The position numbers were made by a program, and so were the translations under genes. The notes beneath the pieces are model-generated. The model was not told the DNA's origin. It did no database searches and saw only the letters and a program-made list of their open reading frames with translations. Of a DNA stretch of 64,000 nucleotides, positions 51,353 through 61,650 are shown piece by piece. Origin of the DNA: an uncultured Chloroflexia bacterium (GTDB taxonomy: Bacteria > Chloroflexota > UBA6077 > JACCZL01); assembly GCA_963765765.1 (NCBI GenBank), contig CAVXYC010000019.1, forward strand, positions 224,001-288,000. The letters run 5' to 3'. The first letter of the stretch is position 1. Each line of letters starts with the position of its first letter.

Positions 51353-52450
51353 ATGATGTCAGACACGACTGTTGCCGCGGTGCTTGTGGCGCCCAAGGAA
51401 TTCGAGCTTCGGGAATTCGAGCTACCTGAGATTCCCGATGATGCGGGCTTATTGAAGTTGGAGGCCTGCGGCATTTGCGGGAGTGATATCCACGGTGCTG
51501 AGCGACTCAATGACGGTCCGAAGATTCTGGGCCATGAAAACGTGGGAATCGTCGCGAAGATCGGTCAGCGAGCGCAGGAGCGGTGGAAGATCAAGGAAGG
51601 CGACCGCATTGCCCTCGAGGAATACGTGCCCTGCGGCGCTTGCAAATGGTGTCGGTCCGATGATTTCCGATTTTGCGAACAGACGGACATCGCCGGTCCG
51701 GGCCCGCGTCTCTGGTATGGCTCCACTGCCATAAACACCTGGCCGTCGCTTTGGGGCGGCTACAGCCAGTACATGTACATCCATCCCAACGCTGTGATTC
51801 ACAAGGTGCCAAGTCACATTCCAGCCCCACACGCGGCCGCCTACTTGCCGTTCTCCAACGGCGTTGAGTGGGCGTATGAATACGGCGGGGTTGGTCTCGG
51901 TGACGCCATTCTCATCCAGGGTCCGGGCCAACAGGGCCTGGCTTGCGTCATCGCTGCCAAGGCCGCAGGCGCTTCATGCATCATCGTATCCGGACTCGCA
52001 CGCGACTCCCGTAGGATGGAGATCGCTCGCAAGCTGGGAGCGGACTACACGGTAAACGTGGATGAAGAAGACCTGGTCGCTCGTGTAATGGATGCGACCG
52101 GCGGTGAAGGCGTCAACGTTGCGGTAAACGTCACGGGCGGCGGCTCCACGACCGTTGCGGACAGCGTCGCCGTGGCATCGAAGCGATGCACGATCGTGCT
52201 GGCGGCCGCGGGCAAGGAAAACGTCAACGTCGGCACGTTTGGCCGCCGCAAGCTCGTCATCAAGCAGGCCAACGGTCACTCCTATCAATCGGTGGAGCGA
52301 GCGATCGAGTTCATCGCATCGGGACGGCTCCCGATGGACGAGATATCGACGCATACGTTTCCGATGAGCCGTGCTATGGAGGCCATTGACGCGGTTGCTG
52401 GTCGTGGAGCGCCAGGGGCGATCCACGTCAGCATCATGCCCGAGGTCTAG
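51353..52450 (+). CDS. Zn-dependent alcohol dehydrogenase (MDR family)
   Basis: GICGSD, GHE, CGACKWC...FC, GPGQQG. Confidence 0.9.
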   Translation: MMSDTTVAAVLVAPKEFELREFELPEIPDDAGLLKLEACGICGSDIHGAERLNDGPKILGHENVGIVAKIGQRAQERWKIKEGDRIALEEYVPCGACKWCRSDDFRFCEQTDIAGPGPRLWYGSTAINTWPSLWGGYSQYMYIHPNAVIHKVPSHIPAPHAAAYLPFSNGVEWAYEYGGVGLGDAILIQGPGQQGLACVIAAKAAGASCIIVSGLARDSRRMEIARKLGADYTVNVDEEDLVARVMDATGGEGVNVAVNVTGGGSTTVADSVAVASKRCTIVLAAAGKENVNVGTFGRRKLVIKQANGHSYQSVERAIEFIASGRLPMDEISTHTFPMSRAMEAIDAVAGRGAPGAIHVSIMPEV

Positions 52451-52490
52451 CCCACTCGTAGGGCGGAACTTACTCCGCCCTACGAGTGGG
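52451..52490. repeat. GTAG-type hairpin between convergent genes
   Basis: cccactcgtagggcgga-acttac-tccgccctacgagtggg. Confidence 0.75.
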
Positions 52491-52502
52491 ACGGCGGCGC
52501 CT

Positions 52503-53277
52503 TCAATCTAGGTGTTGATGTAGAAATTCCCGCGTCGTCTGCCATGACGCCTGGGCGGTTGCATAGCCTTCGGCGCTTGGATCATCGAGAAATGACCTCA
52601 GAAATCCGTGGCCGATGCCCGGGTAAATTTTGATCGTATGGTCCACGCTGTCGGCATCGAGACGACGCTTGAATTCCGCCCACGTTTCAGCGTCGTACAT
52701 CGGGTCTTGGTCACCCCAGTAACCCAGCAGGCGCGCGCAGCTCGGCGGTCATGTCCATGATGCGAGGAGGTGGAACAAGCGCTTTCCCCGGCTCGCCCAT
52801 GGGATAGCCGTAGTAACTCACGCTTGCGCCCAGTTTAGGCCAGAGTGCTCCCAGGGCGAGTGACAGCGTACCGCCCATGCAAAATCCAATGGCACCCTCA
52901 CGCCGACCGTCCACCTCGGGGAGTGATGACAGATGGTCAAGCGCGGAGCAGAGGTCTTGTACCACCTGCTGCTCGTCCAGTGAGGTGGCGCGGCGTGCTC
53001 GGCGGGACTCCGGCTCCGCATTGGCCAGTGGCGGCACACGGAAGAAGTAATCAACCGTGCAAGCCACGAATCCATCCTGCACCAGCATCCCGGCCAGGTG
53101 CTCGTAGAAACCCGCTCGCCCGAGCGCATCGCTGACGATGAGCACCGCGGGAGCAGGAGTTTGCTCGGGCAGTGCAAGGAACGACGGCATGCGGGCGCCG
53201 TCCTCGCAAGGAATTGGCTCCTCGCGGCTTCGGACCATCGGCGCGACCGGGCCCGCCGACACGGCTGAATGGCACAT
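52503..53277 (-). CDS. Dienelactone hydrolase family protein (frameshift near 52730)
   Basis: GFCMGG, WGDQDP in the bridging frame, YPGIGHGF. Confidence 0.8.
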
Positions 53278-53421
53278 CGACTGGACTCCTACCTTGCCTG
53301 AGGCCGTAGAGCGGGACTCTGTGTCCGGCGATTCTCTGGCGTCGATTTCAGACCCAGGACTCGCGGGCACGGACTCCCGCTCTATAAGCTGCGCGAATCT
53401 CCCTGAAGACTTAGCAGGAAA

Positions 53422-54627
53422 TCAGACGCCTAGCAGCCGCTTCATCATTTCGCGAGCATCGGGCGTGAACGTTTCGAGCGCGCTCACGCTGCCCAGGATC
53501 TCTTGCGGACTGCCGAATCCGGCAGTCAACTGCCGCTTCTCCATATCCGCGATGAACGCGGGATTCGTGGCAGCCTGACGCATCGCCGTCCGCAGGGTCT
53601 CCAGAATGGGCTCGGGTGTCTGCTTGTGCATCGCGTAGACGTTAGTGCCCTTGTTGTTCGCGTTTATGTTTTCCAGTACCGCTTTGTGGTCGGCGGTGAT
53701 CTGCTTCGTCTCCAGCACGTTCTTGAACCAGGGAAAGCGGCCCTCGGCCTGAAGCTTCTTCAAGGTCGCTGGTGCCTCCGCCCAGTAGAACAAGGGCGTA
53801 ATCAGGTCCTTCTCCAGCCAATCTGAGTTCTGCGCCAGGTCGATGTCGCGGCACGACGGCGTGGCTTCCACCTCGCCCTGGTTGAACGCTAGCGCCATCT
53901 GAGCCGTGCCAGCGTAGCCGGCCACCAGATCGATGGGGAACCCTGCTTCCTTCGTCCACTTCAGGAGCACGTCGTAGAGCGAGCCTCCGGTGAGCGCGGA
54001 CACTTTTATCGGCCGGTTTGACGCCAGGAACTCGTCGAGATTTCCAATGACTTTTTTCTGAGCGCACAAGGCGAGCTGGGTCGGAGATGAATCGGGCTTG
54101 CCCAGTATCGCGGCTTCTTTCTCAATAGCGAAGCCGTCGAGTCCGCCGCCCAGGCTTGACTTACTGAGCAACGTTGCGATGAACACAACCACGTTGAGCT
54201 CATCCGGACGCACGGGGCCCGAGAGCACGGTCTTGGCAGCCACCAGGCTGTCCGCGCCTGGCATGTTTTCAATGACGATCGTGGGCTTCCCGGGAATCGC
54301 TTCCTGGAGGTACGGCCCCAAGATACGAGCGGCGGTATCGAAGCCGCCGCCCGGGGCGTAGCCTACGATCAGGCGTATCGTCTTGCCCGAGAGATCCGCT
54401 GCCGCGGCGGCGGGTTTGGCCGCCTCGGCGGCTGGCTTCGCGGCCTCGGCCGGCTTGGCAGCCTCAGCTGCCGGCTTGGCCGCGGTGGGCGCCGCCGGTA
54501 CGTTCGTCGGCGCCGCCTTCGGGGCCGGCGCCGCGGGACTGCTGCATGCAGAGATAACCAATGTGGCTGCAAGGGCCACGAGACCATGGCGCATGGCTCG
54601 CCACCGGACGTCAACGGATCGTGTCAT
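53422..54627 (-). CDS. tctC: Tripartite tricarboxylate transporter substrate-binding lipoprotein
   Basis: Lipobox ISAC, PAAEAAK linker repeats, VGYAPGGGFD, ENMPGA, GYAG...QGEV. Confidence 0.85.
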   Translation of the reverse strand: MTRSVDVRWRAMRHGLVALAATLVISACSSPAAPAPKAAPTNVPAAPTAAKPAAEAAKPAEAAKPAAEAAKPAAAAADLSGKTIRLIVGYAPGGGFDTAARILGPYLQEAIPGKPTIVIENMPGADSLVAAKTVLSGPVRPDELNVVVFIATLLSKSSLGGGLDGFAIEKEAAILGKPDSSPTQLALCAQKKVIGNLDEFLASNRPIKVSALTGGSLYDVLLKWTKEAGFPIDLVAGYAGTAQMALAFNQGEVEATPSCRDIDLAQNSDWLEKDLITPLFYWAEAPATLKKLQAEGRFPWFKNVLETKQITADHKAVLENINANNKGTNVYAMHKQTPEPILETLRTAMRQAATNPAFIADMEKRQLTAGFGSPQEILGSVSALETFTPDAREMMKRLLGV

Positions 54628-54648
54628 GGAGCCCTCCAGCCCACTTCG

Positions 54649-55725
54649 TTATTCGGGAACTGAACGTCCGCTCAGGCGGTGACCCAGGCGTGGTTCTCTG
54701 GCCCGGCCATAATTGGCGCGCCAGACTAGACGAATCCGAGCCATCGTCTCATCCGATAGGGGCGGGGCGCCACTATTGCCGACGGCCTCTTCTAGATGGC
54801 TCAGCTCCGAGTAACCGCCCAGGACGGTTGTCACCCCGGGTGTATCGAGGATGAAGCGGTAGGCCGCCTCGGAGACCTTGTGCACGCCCGGCTGGGACAG
54901 GAAGCCCATGGGGCGCGCCTGGTCCACCATCTCCTGGTACACCTCGGTCCGCCGCGACAGTCCGCCGCCCGCGTTCGGGTGGCGGGCGCCACCCCCGATC
55001 GCGTGCTCCGTCAGGGCGCCCCCACACAGCGGTCGAATGATCGCCACACCGGTGCCGACCGACTGGGCGTGCTGGATGACGTTGTCGTAGTAGTGACCCA
55101 CATTCATGCCCGGGATCCGTCCGTAGGCCGCTGTGGGGTTCAGCAGGTCGTACCAGACGTTGATCATCTTGAACTCGCGCGTATCCAGGAGCGTGCGCAT
55201 GGCGCGCGGATCGGCGTGCTCGCTGGCGAATCCGAAGTAGCGTACCTTGCCGGCGCGCCGACAGCGCTCGAGTCCTTCGAGAGCGCCCCTGGGTCCGAGA
55301 TAGTCCTTGTAGCCCAGGTAGATCCAGCCACTGACCGTTGGGTCCGTCTCCAGATGCGGTGGGTTGTGGATCTGGAGGAAATCAACCCAGTCCACGCCCA
55401 GGCGCCTAAGGCTGCCTTCCAGGCTGCGCTCCACGGCGCCAGCAACGTCGTCGAGATCATTGGGCATGACCTCGACCTTGGTCGTGATGATGGGCCGGAC
55501 GGTGAACTCGCGCATGAGCTTGCCGATGCTCTCTTCGGCGATGCCCACCTTGTCCCCGTAGTCGGGCGAGGTGTCCCAGTAGTTGATGCCCGCTTCCAGA
55601 GCTCGCTCGAAGCAGCGGTGCTGCTCATCCGCGTCGCCGCGGATGAGCACACCGGCATTGTCCCCTGTGCCGAAGCCGATCTCTGAGGCCATCAGACCTG
55701 TGTTTCCGATAGGTCGATACTTCAT
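54649..55725 (-). CDS. Aldo/keto reductase
   Basis: SEIGFG, DTSPDYG, TKV, SLRRLGVDWVDFLQIH; ATGA overlap with the Rieske gene. Confidence 0.9.
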   Translation of the reverse strand: MKYRPIGNTGLMASEIGFGTGDNAGVLIRGDADEQHRCFERALEAGINYWDTSPDYGDKVGIAEESIGKLMREFTVRPIITTKVEVMPNDLDDVAGAVERSLEGSLRRLGVDWVDFLQIHNPPHLETDPTVSGWIYLGYKDYLGPRGALEGLERCRRAGKVRYFGFASEHADPRAMRTLLDTREFKMINVWYDLLNPTAAYGRIPGMNVGHYYDNVIQHAQSVGTGVAIIRPLCGGALTEHAIGGGARHPNAGGGLSRRTEVYQEMVDQARPMGFLSQPGVHKVSEAAYRFILDTPGVTTVLGGYSELSHLEEAVGNSGAPPLSDETMARIRLVWRANYGRAREPRLGHRLSGRSVPE

Positions 55726-56999
55726 CCGGCTGCCACCATCTCCGCGTCGGCCTCGCGCGCCGCACGCGCGGCCTTGTCCATCATCTCGTCAACTTCGTCC
55801 AGCCACGGGCAGTGCATGCCCGTGGTCACGGCCACCAGGCTGCCCTTCTTGAACGACTTCGGGTTGTGGTAATCGGGAATAGGCAGATCAATGCGCTCGT
55901 GGAGCTCGCGGATCGTGTTGATCGGGTCCTCACCGCGCTCCACGGCGTCTATCTGATCCATACACATCCGCCGCAACATGATGAGGCCCTTGTCCGACTC
56001 TCCGAGCCACTCCTTGGAGCGGTCCATGATGGCCCCCTGGAGTGGCCAGGCAAGAATGTCCTGGCCCAGCACATAGTCCGGCAGGTCCTCCATCGGGACG
56101 TCGAAGATTGGCACGTACTCCTGTGCTGGCTGCGGGTTCCACTTGCCCGGAAGGAACACCTGGTAGGAGAGATGCCAGGTATTCTCGTCGTCGATGGGCA
56201 CACGAATTTGCATCTCGTAGCGCCCAACGCTACCGATGAGCACGAAGGACGGAAAGACCAGTGGGTTACCTGTGACCCAGCCGTTGGACGTCTGGGGGTC
56301 TTCGCCATCGATCAACCGATATTTGCGGAAGCCATGCTCGAACGGCTCAAAGCGAATGTCCAGGTGGTGACGAACGAAGCGACGGACTTCGTTGATCTTG
56401 ATCGGGTCCGTGACGCCCTTGCGCTCGAGCACGTACTCCCACAAGTGACCGTGCAGATACTCGGTGTGCACGGTGTCCATCGAGTTCTCCATGCACTGGA
56501 GCCAGTTGCATGGGATCATCGTGGCGCCCACCTGTCGCCACGCGCCCTCTTCAACCAGCGGGAACCAGCGCGGAATCTCGGGAGCCGGTAGTGGGCCAAG
56601 ATATCCCCAGATCAGTCCACCGAGCTCTTGCACGGGGTACGAGTCTAGTCTGACGCGCTCCTTGAAGCGATGCTCAGGAGACTCCGCCGGTTGGTCGGTG
56701 CACTGGCCCGTGGCGTCATACGCCCAACCGTGGTATGGGCATTTGAGTCCATTTTCCGTGGGAATGCCACAACGAAGATCCACCAGCCGATGAGCGCAGC
56801 GCTGGCCGATGAGTCCCAGATTCCCTGAGCGGTCACGGTAGAGCGTCAAATCCTCACCGAGGATGCGAACGGGTTTGACCGGATTCGCGGCCAGCTCACC
56901 AGTCACGGCGATTGGTTGCCAATATCGGCGCTGAAGCTCACCCATGGGCGTTCCAGGGCCTACGCGAGTGATTCGTTCGTTCTCTTCTGGCCGTAGCAT
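55722..56999 (-). CDS. Rieske oxygenase alpha subunit (LigXa/CbaA-like)
   Basis: CAHR...CPYHGW; ENSMDTVHTEYLH; GQD. Confidence 0.9.
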   Translation of the reverse strand: MLRPEENERITRVGPGTPMGELQRRYWQPIAVTGELAANPVKPVRILGEDLTLYRDRSGNLGLIGQRCAHRLVDLRCGIPTENGLKCPYHGWAYDATGQCTDQPAESPEHRFKERVRLDSYPVQELGGLIWGYLGPLPAPEIPRWFPLVEEGAWRQVGATMIPCNWLQCMENSMDTVHTEYLHGHLWEYVLERKGVTDPIKINEVRRFVRHHLDIRFEPFEHGFRKYRLIDGEDPQTSNGWVTGNPLVFPSFVLIGSVGRYEMQIRVPIDDENTWHLSYQVFLPGKWNPQPAQEYVPIFDVPMEDLPDYVLGQDILAWPLQGAIMDRSKEWLGESDKGLIMLRRMCMDQIDAVERGEDPINTIRELHERIDLPIPDYHNPKSFKKGSLVAVTTGMHCPWLDEVDEMMDKAARAAREADAEMVAAG

Positions 57000-57119
57000 G
57001 TGTCCCTCCTCGATGGGATGCGCTTCTCATTTACTGGATGCGCTTCGGACCCCGATCCTGAACGCAGTCCGTCCGGCTTACTCCGTTTCAGCGGCTCCAG
57101 ATTGTCGAGCAATGCACTC

Positions 57120-57148
57120 AGTATTCAAAGCGGTTGACGCGTTGTCAA
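57120..57148 (-). promoter_or_regulatory. Sigma70 promoter of the Rieske-AKR-tctC operon with overlapping palindrome
   Basis: Minus strand TTGACA-N17-AATACT; TTGAC-GCGTT-GTCAA at 57134-57148. Confidence 0.6.
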
Positions 57149-57223
57149 TGAGGTGGCGATGCGCCTCGACACATCAACTCAAGTCGGAACGGCTTCTCAG
57201 CATGAGTCTCGGAGTATGGAGGT

Positions 57224-58432
57224 CTACGAACCAATAATCCGCTTGAGAAGCTCGCGAGCTGATGGAGTCATCTTTTCAACGTCCGCGGCGGTCTTTTCGA
57301 TGGTCTCTGGGCCCTCGAACCCTGCGGGGAGTTGGCGCCGCTCGATGTCGGCTTTGTACGCGGGATTCGACGCGGCCGTACGAAATCCGTCACGCATGAT
57401 CGCAAGTAACGGGGCGGGCGTTTGCTTATGCATCGCGTAGACATTGCTTCCAACGTTTGTGTCGTTCCAATTGTCCAGAACGGCCTTCTGGTCCGCAGTC
57501 ACTGGCTTAACCTCGAGGACGTGCTTGTACCAGGGATACTTCCCCTCGGCCTGCGCCTTTTTGAGGGTCTCGGCTGGTACGGCCCAGTAAAAGAGGGGTG
57601 TAATGAGGTCCTTTTCAAGCCAATCTGGGTTCTGAACCAAGTCGAAGTCACGACACGCCGGAACCGCGTCCACTTCACCCTGATTGAATGCCAGCACCAT
57701 TTGAGCGCCTGCCGGATAGCCAAAGATGGGTTGGATCGGATAGCCGACTTCCTGCGTCCAGCGGAGCATTACGTCGTAATTGGAGCTGCCCGTCAACCCG
57801 CCGACTTTAAGCGGGCTACTGCGCGCCAGGAATTCGTCGAGATTTCCCACTAGATTTTTCTTTGCGCATAGCCCGAGCGGAGAAGGCGCTCCGTCTGGCT
57901 TGCCGAGGTACGCCGACTCCTTTTCGATCGCAAATCCGTCGAGCCCCCCGCTCAGGATTGACTTGGTAATCAGCGTGGAGATATAGATCACCACGTTGAC
58001 CTCGTCACTCCGCCCCGGGCCTGAGAGGACGCTCTTGGCTGCTACGAGACTATCCGCTCCGGGCATGTTTTCGACGACGATCGTAGGGTGTCCGGGGAGC
58101 ACTTCCTGGAGATAAGGCACCAGGAGACGTGCATTGGTGTCGAAGCCGCCGCCAGCGGTGTACCCGACGATCAGTCGGACTGTCTTGCCTGCGAGGTCGA
58201 CGCCGCCGGGCGCCGCTGCTGTCGTCGCCGGGGCGGCCGGCTTGGCTGCATCGGGCTTTACCGACTGCGGCTTCGCTGCTTCGGGGGGTGCTGGTGCCGC
58301 CTTGGCCGAATCCGTGGGCTTCGGTGGCGCGGACGGTGCCGTACTCGTCGAGCAGCCCGCGAGCGCCAAGGTGAAAACGACAAGAGCGCTGCCCAGACGG
58401 AATTTGAGCCTCGAGCCTTCCGGAAACGTCAT
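57224..58432 (-). CDS. tctC: TTT substrate-binding lipoprotein, close paralog of 53422..54627
   Basis: Lipobox LAGC, VGYTAGGGFD, ENMPGADSLVAAK; shares DWLEKDLITPLFYWA with its paralog. Confidence 0.85.
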   Translation of the reverse strand: MTFPEGSRLKFRLGSALVVFTLALAGCSTSTAPSAPPKPTDSAKAAPAPPEAAKPQSVKPDAAKPAAPATTAAAPGGVDLAGKTVRLIVGYTAGGGFDTNARLLVPYLQEVLPGHPTIVVENMPGADSLVAAKSVLSGPGRSDEVNVVIYISTLITKSILSGGLDGFAIEKESAYLGKPDGAPSPLGLCAKKNLVGNLDEFLARSSPLKVGGLTGSSNYDVMLRWTQEVGYPIQPIFGYPAGAQMVLAFNQGEVDAVPACRDFDLVQNPDWLEKDLITPLFYWAVPAETLKKAQAEGKYPWYKHVLEVKPVTADQKAVLDNWNDTNVGSNVYAMHKQTPAPLLAIMRDGFRTAASNPAYKADIERRQLPAGFEGPETIEKTAADVEKMTPSARELLKRIIGS

Positions 58433-58664
58433 AAAACTTTGCCTTTCGCCATGGTGGAGATCCGAGGCCAAGAATGCTAGTTACTTTAGTAACACATCTC
58501 GAGAAACACATCTCGGAATTGCCAGCGCGACCGAAGTCCCAGGCTGTGGCCTAAGCTGTCGAGCCGCTGCCCTTCCGAGTAAATGGGCGCTAGTGCCGTT
58601 CCCGGTGAAGTTCCCAGTGAGGCCATACTCGACAAGATGCGCCGGCCATCTTTCCGGGTCCCAG

Positions 58665-59156
58665 TTAACGCGGGCCTGTCGAGACCGCGCCGGGATCATA
58701 GGTGGACGTGGGATCTGCCGTTGGCACCTGGCCAGGCCCGCCGGCGTCGAAGAACTCGGTGCCAGCAGTCGCGGAAGTGGGCTGCGTGTAATTCACGCGA
58801 TGCATACGATCCACGTTAGGAATCGATGCTGTTACATGAAGGATTTCGAGTGGCTCCACACCCGCGTTCTCGAACCAGTACTTGCAGTCGTGCGGAATAA
58901 TGACGCCTTCAGATGGGCCGAGTTCCGCCAGCACCGTCTCGACGTCCGAGTAGAATCGAACCCGGCCGTGGAGAACGAAATAGACGCTATCAATGCCACC
59001 ATGGGAGTGCAGGTTTGTCTCCCCGCCGTTCGCTGCAACGACTTGCACATTGCCCGAGATTTGATCGGTCTTACCGAGTCGAACGATTCCTTTGGGTCGA
59101 GACACATCGGGCTTCTGGTAGCTGAACACCTGAGCCTGGGGCTCCTGAGCTGGCAT
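58665..59156 (-). CDS. Cupin domain protein
   Basis: GETNLHSHGGIDSVYFVLHG, GVIIPHDCKYWFEN; GAGGAG RBS. Confidence 0.8.
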   Translation of the reverse strand: MPAQEPQAQVFSYQKPDVSRPKGIVRLGKTDQISGNVQVVAANGGETNLHSHGGIDSVYFVLHGRVRFYSDVETVLAELGPSEGVIIPHDCKYWFENAGVEPLEILHVTASIPNVDRMHRVNYTQPTSATAGTEFFDAGGPGQVPTADPTSTYDPGAVSTGPR

Positions 59157-59250
59157 GCTAAGTCTCCTCTCGGTGAGCGCTGCGAACCGATTTGTTCTGA
59201 TTCCCTTTGCCGGCGCGGAGTAGGTCGCCAGATCGTCAACCATTCAGAAC

Positions 59251-59279
59251 AGTATCGATGGGTCCTCAGAGGTTGTCAA
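59251..59279 (-). promoter_or_regulatory. Candidate sigma70 promoter for the cupin gene
   Basis: Minus strand TTGACA-N17-GATACT; a second TTGACA faces tctA at 59318-59323. Confidence 0.45.
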
Positions 59280-59512
59280 TTGAGGCCCGTTGGTCCCTGG
59301 CGTGCGCCCGAGAATAATTGACAGTCGTGGGGCGATGCTGCGAAAGTTCGCACGGCGCCCGCGAGACATGCCATGCTACTTGCCAGAGGGCGCAGCGAAC
59401 TGCAATACAGAGAGAGCCTCACGACTCCAGCGGGCGAGAATCGCCTGTCGCTATGTCCGCGGTTTATTGGTTCGTGCTGATGACTGAAAGGGCACTGTAG
59501 GCCAGGACATAT

Positions 59513-61030
59513 ATGGAGCTCATGTACGTTGTCGACGCGTTTGTCGGCGGGTTCGTTCAGGTCTTTGCCTGGCCCACTATTGGCTACATGCTCGTTGGCA
59601 TCGCCATCGGCTTCGCGGTCGGCATCCTTCCCGGGCTGGGTGGCGCTGTCACGCTGGCTTTGATGCTGCCATTTACCTTCAAGATGGCGCCGGTGGACGC
59701 GTTCGCGTTCCTGCTCGGCATGCTGGCTGTCACGGCTACCACCGGCGACATTACCTCGGTGCTTTTCGGCGTCCCGGGCGAGGCGAGCAGTGCCGCGACG
59801 GTGCTGGATGGTCACGCCATGGCGAAAAAGGGCGAGGCGGGGCGCGCGCTGGGCGCGGCGCTGATGAGCTCGCTCGTTGGCGCAGTCTTCGGAGCGTTCA
59901 CCCTCGCGGCGTCGGTCCCGATCATTCGACCCCTGGTCCTTCAGTTCGCGTCCCCCGAGTTCTTCATGCTCACAATCCTGGGCATCACCTTTGTCTCAGC
60001 GCTGAGTAGTGGTCAGATCATGAAGGGGCTCATCATGAGCGGGGTCGGATTTGTCCTCGCCATGGTTGGACTGGATCCGCAAACGGGCGTTCAGCGCTAT
60101 ACGCTCGGCCAGATCACTCTGTGGGACGGGATCGGACTGGTGCCGATCGCAGTTGGACTTTTCGCCTTCCCTGAGATCGTCGCGATGGCAGTTTCGGGGA
60201 CGTCCATTGCCCATGGCGCCGTAGGCAAGATGGGCGGCGTGCGTGAAGGTGTCAAGGACACCTTTCGGCACTTTGGCCTGACGATCCGCTGCAGCATGAT
60301 CGGAACGTTCATCGGAATCATTCCGGGCCTGGGTGCTGCATTGACCCAGTGGATGGCCTACGCCCACGCGGTGCAGTCGTCGCCCAACAAGGAGCGATTT
60401 GGCAAAGGCGCCGTGGAGGGAGTTCTCGGACCTGGAGCTGCGAACAATTCCGGGCTGGGTGGCGGTCTCATACCTACGATCTGTTTCGGGGTGCCGGGTG
60501 GATTAACCATGGCCATTCTACTCGGTGCGTTCCTCATTCAAGGCATCACACCCGGGCCAAAGATGCTGACCGATAACCTCGGCCTCACGATGTCCTTTGT
60601 CTGGATCATCGTGATCTCAAACATCATTACGGTAAGCATCTGCTTCCTCTTCCTGGAGCAGATCGCTCGACTAACGTTTGCGCGTGTGGGGCTGCTTATC
60701 CCACCAATTATCTTGCTTGTCTATATCGGCGCCTTTGCCGAGAAGAACGCCATGCTGGACCTGGCGGTAACAATCGTGTTTGGTCTCGTCGGCCTGGTGA
60801 TGGTGCTTACCAATTGGCCGCGGGCGCCGCTGATCCTGGGACTGGTGCTCGGCAAGCTGGCTGAAAATTACCTCTTTCTCACCACTGCACGATACGCTCC
60901 CGGTGAGTGGCTGACTCGCCCGGTGGTCATCGTCCTCATTGCGCTCTGTGCGTTCGTGATCTGCCTGCCACTCATTCGGAAGCGTTTCGGGCGCGGCCCA
61001 CTGCCCATGGAGATGGCCAATGAGACGTGA
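59513..61030 (+). CDS. tctA: TTT permease
   Basis: GILPGLG, GVPGEASSAATVLDGHAMAKKGEAGRAL, GLDPQTGVQR, GPGAANN. Confidence 0.92.
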   Translation: MELMYVVDAFVGGFVQVFAWPTIGYMLVGIAIGFAVGILPGLGGAVTLALMLPFTFKMAPVDAFAFLLGMLAVTATTGDITSVLFGVPGEASSAATVLDGHAMAKKGEAGRALGAALMSSLVGAVFGAFTLAASVPIIRPLVLQFASPEFFMLTILGITFVSALSSGQIMKGLIMSGVGFVLAMVGLDPQTGVQRYTLGQITLWDGIGLVPIAVGLFAFPEIVAMAVSGTSIAHGAVGKMGGVREGVKDTFRHFGLTIRCSMIGTFIGIIPGLGAALTQWMAYAHAVQSSPNKERFGKGAVEGVLGPGAANNSGLGGGLIPTICFGVPGGLTMAILLGAFLIQGITPGPKMLTDNLGLTMSFVWIIVISNIITVSICFLFLEQIARLTFARVGLLIPPIILLVYIGAFAEKNAMLDLAVTIVFGLVGLVMVLTNWPRAPLILGLVLGKLAENYLFLTTARYAPGEWLTRPVVIVLIALCAFVICLPLIRKRFGRGPLPMEMANET

Positions 61031-61493
61031 TTACTTCGACCTCGGGTTCACGCTGCTGTTACTTGCGTTGATCGGCTGGACCACGTTTGAAGCGCGTCAA
61101 TGGGACACACGCGCGCGTCTATTTCCGTGGGCCGCCGGAATACCCGTGTTGGTGTTGTTGGTTATCCAGCTTGTTCGTCAGGTTCGAACCATGGTGACGT
61201 CTCCAGATGGCGCGGCCCTCTTCGTTGATGCAAACGTTGAGCCTCGCGTCGCGGCCCAGCGGACGCTCCAGATCGCGGGATGGATCCTTGGTTTCGCGGC
61301 ATTCATCTGGGCCATGGGATTTAGTATCGGAGGAACCCTGGCCACGTTGGTGTACTTGAAGACATCCTCAGGCGAGAAGTGGCCCATCAGCATTGCCATC
61401 ACGGTCGGTGTCGGTGCGTTCTTCTGGCTGTTGAGCACGCAATTGCACGTGCCATTCCCGCGTGGATTCATCGTGGATCAGTTGCCCATCTAA
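61020..61493 (+). CDS. tctB: TTT small membrane subunit
   Basis: About 4 TM segments, ARLFP, LHVPFPRG; overlaps the tctA stop. Confidence 0.8.
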   Translation: MRRDYFDLGFTLLLLALIGWTTFEARQWDTRARLFPWAAGIPVLVLLVIQLVRQVRTMVTSPDGAALFVDANVEPRVAAQRTLQIAGWILGFAAFIWAMGFSIGGTLATLVYLKTSSGEKWPISIAITVGVGAFFWLLSTQLHVPFPRGFIVDQLPI

Positions 61494-61650
61494 CTATGAT
61501 TTCAGGCGACATAACCGACGCAAGCTATCGCGACACGTCGATCGGGAGGAGATGTTAGGAGCCGCTGTCCGACGGGCGCCGAGAAGGAAGCCGATTCGAG
61601 AAGCATTCGGCTTCGCTACAGGGCGCTAGAGTAGAGAGTAGGAGCGATCA

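Noticed and set aside
42808-55686. Long antisense ORFs (42808..43737, 47380..48327, 54796..55686 and similar)
   Set aside because: Each lies opposite a well-supported gene and reflects codon-bias symmetry.
58134-59321. 395-aa plus-strand ORF
   Set aside because: Antisense to tctC and the cupin gene, with no motifs; a shadow ORF typical of high-GC DNA.
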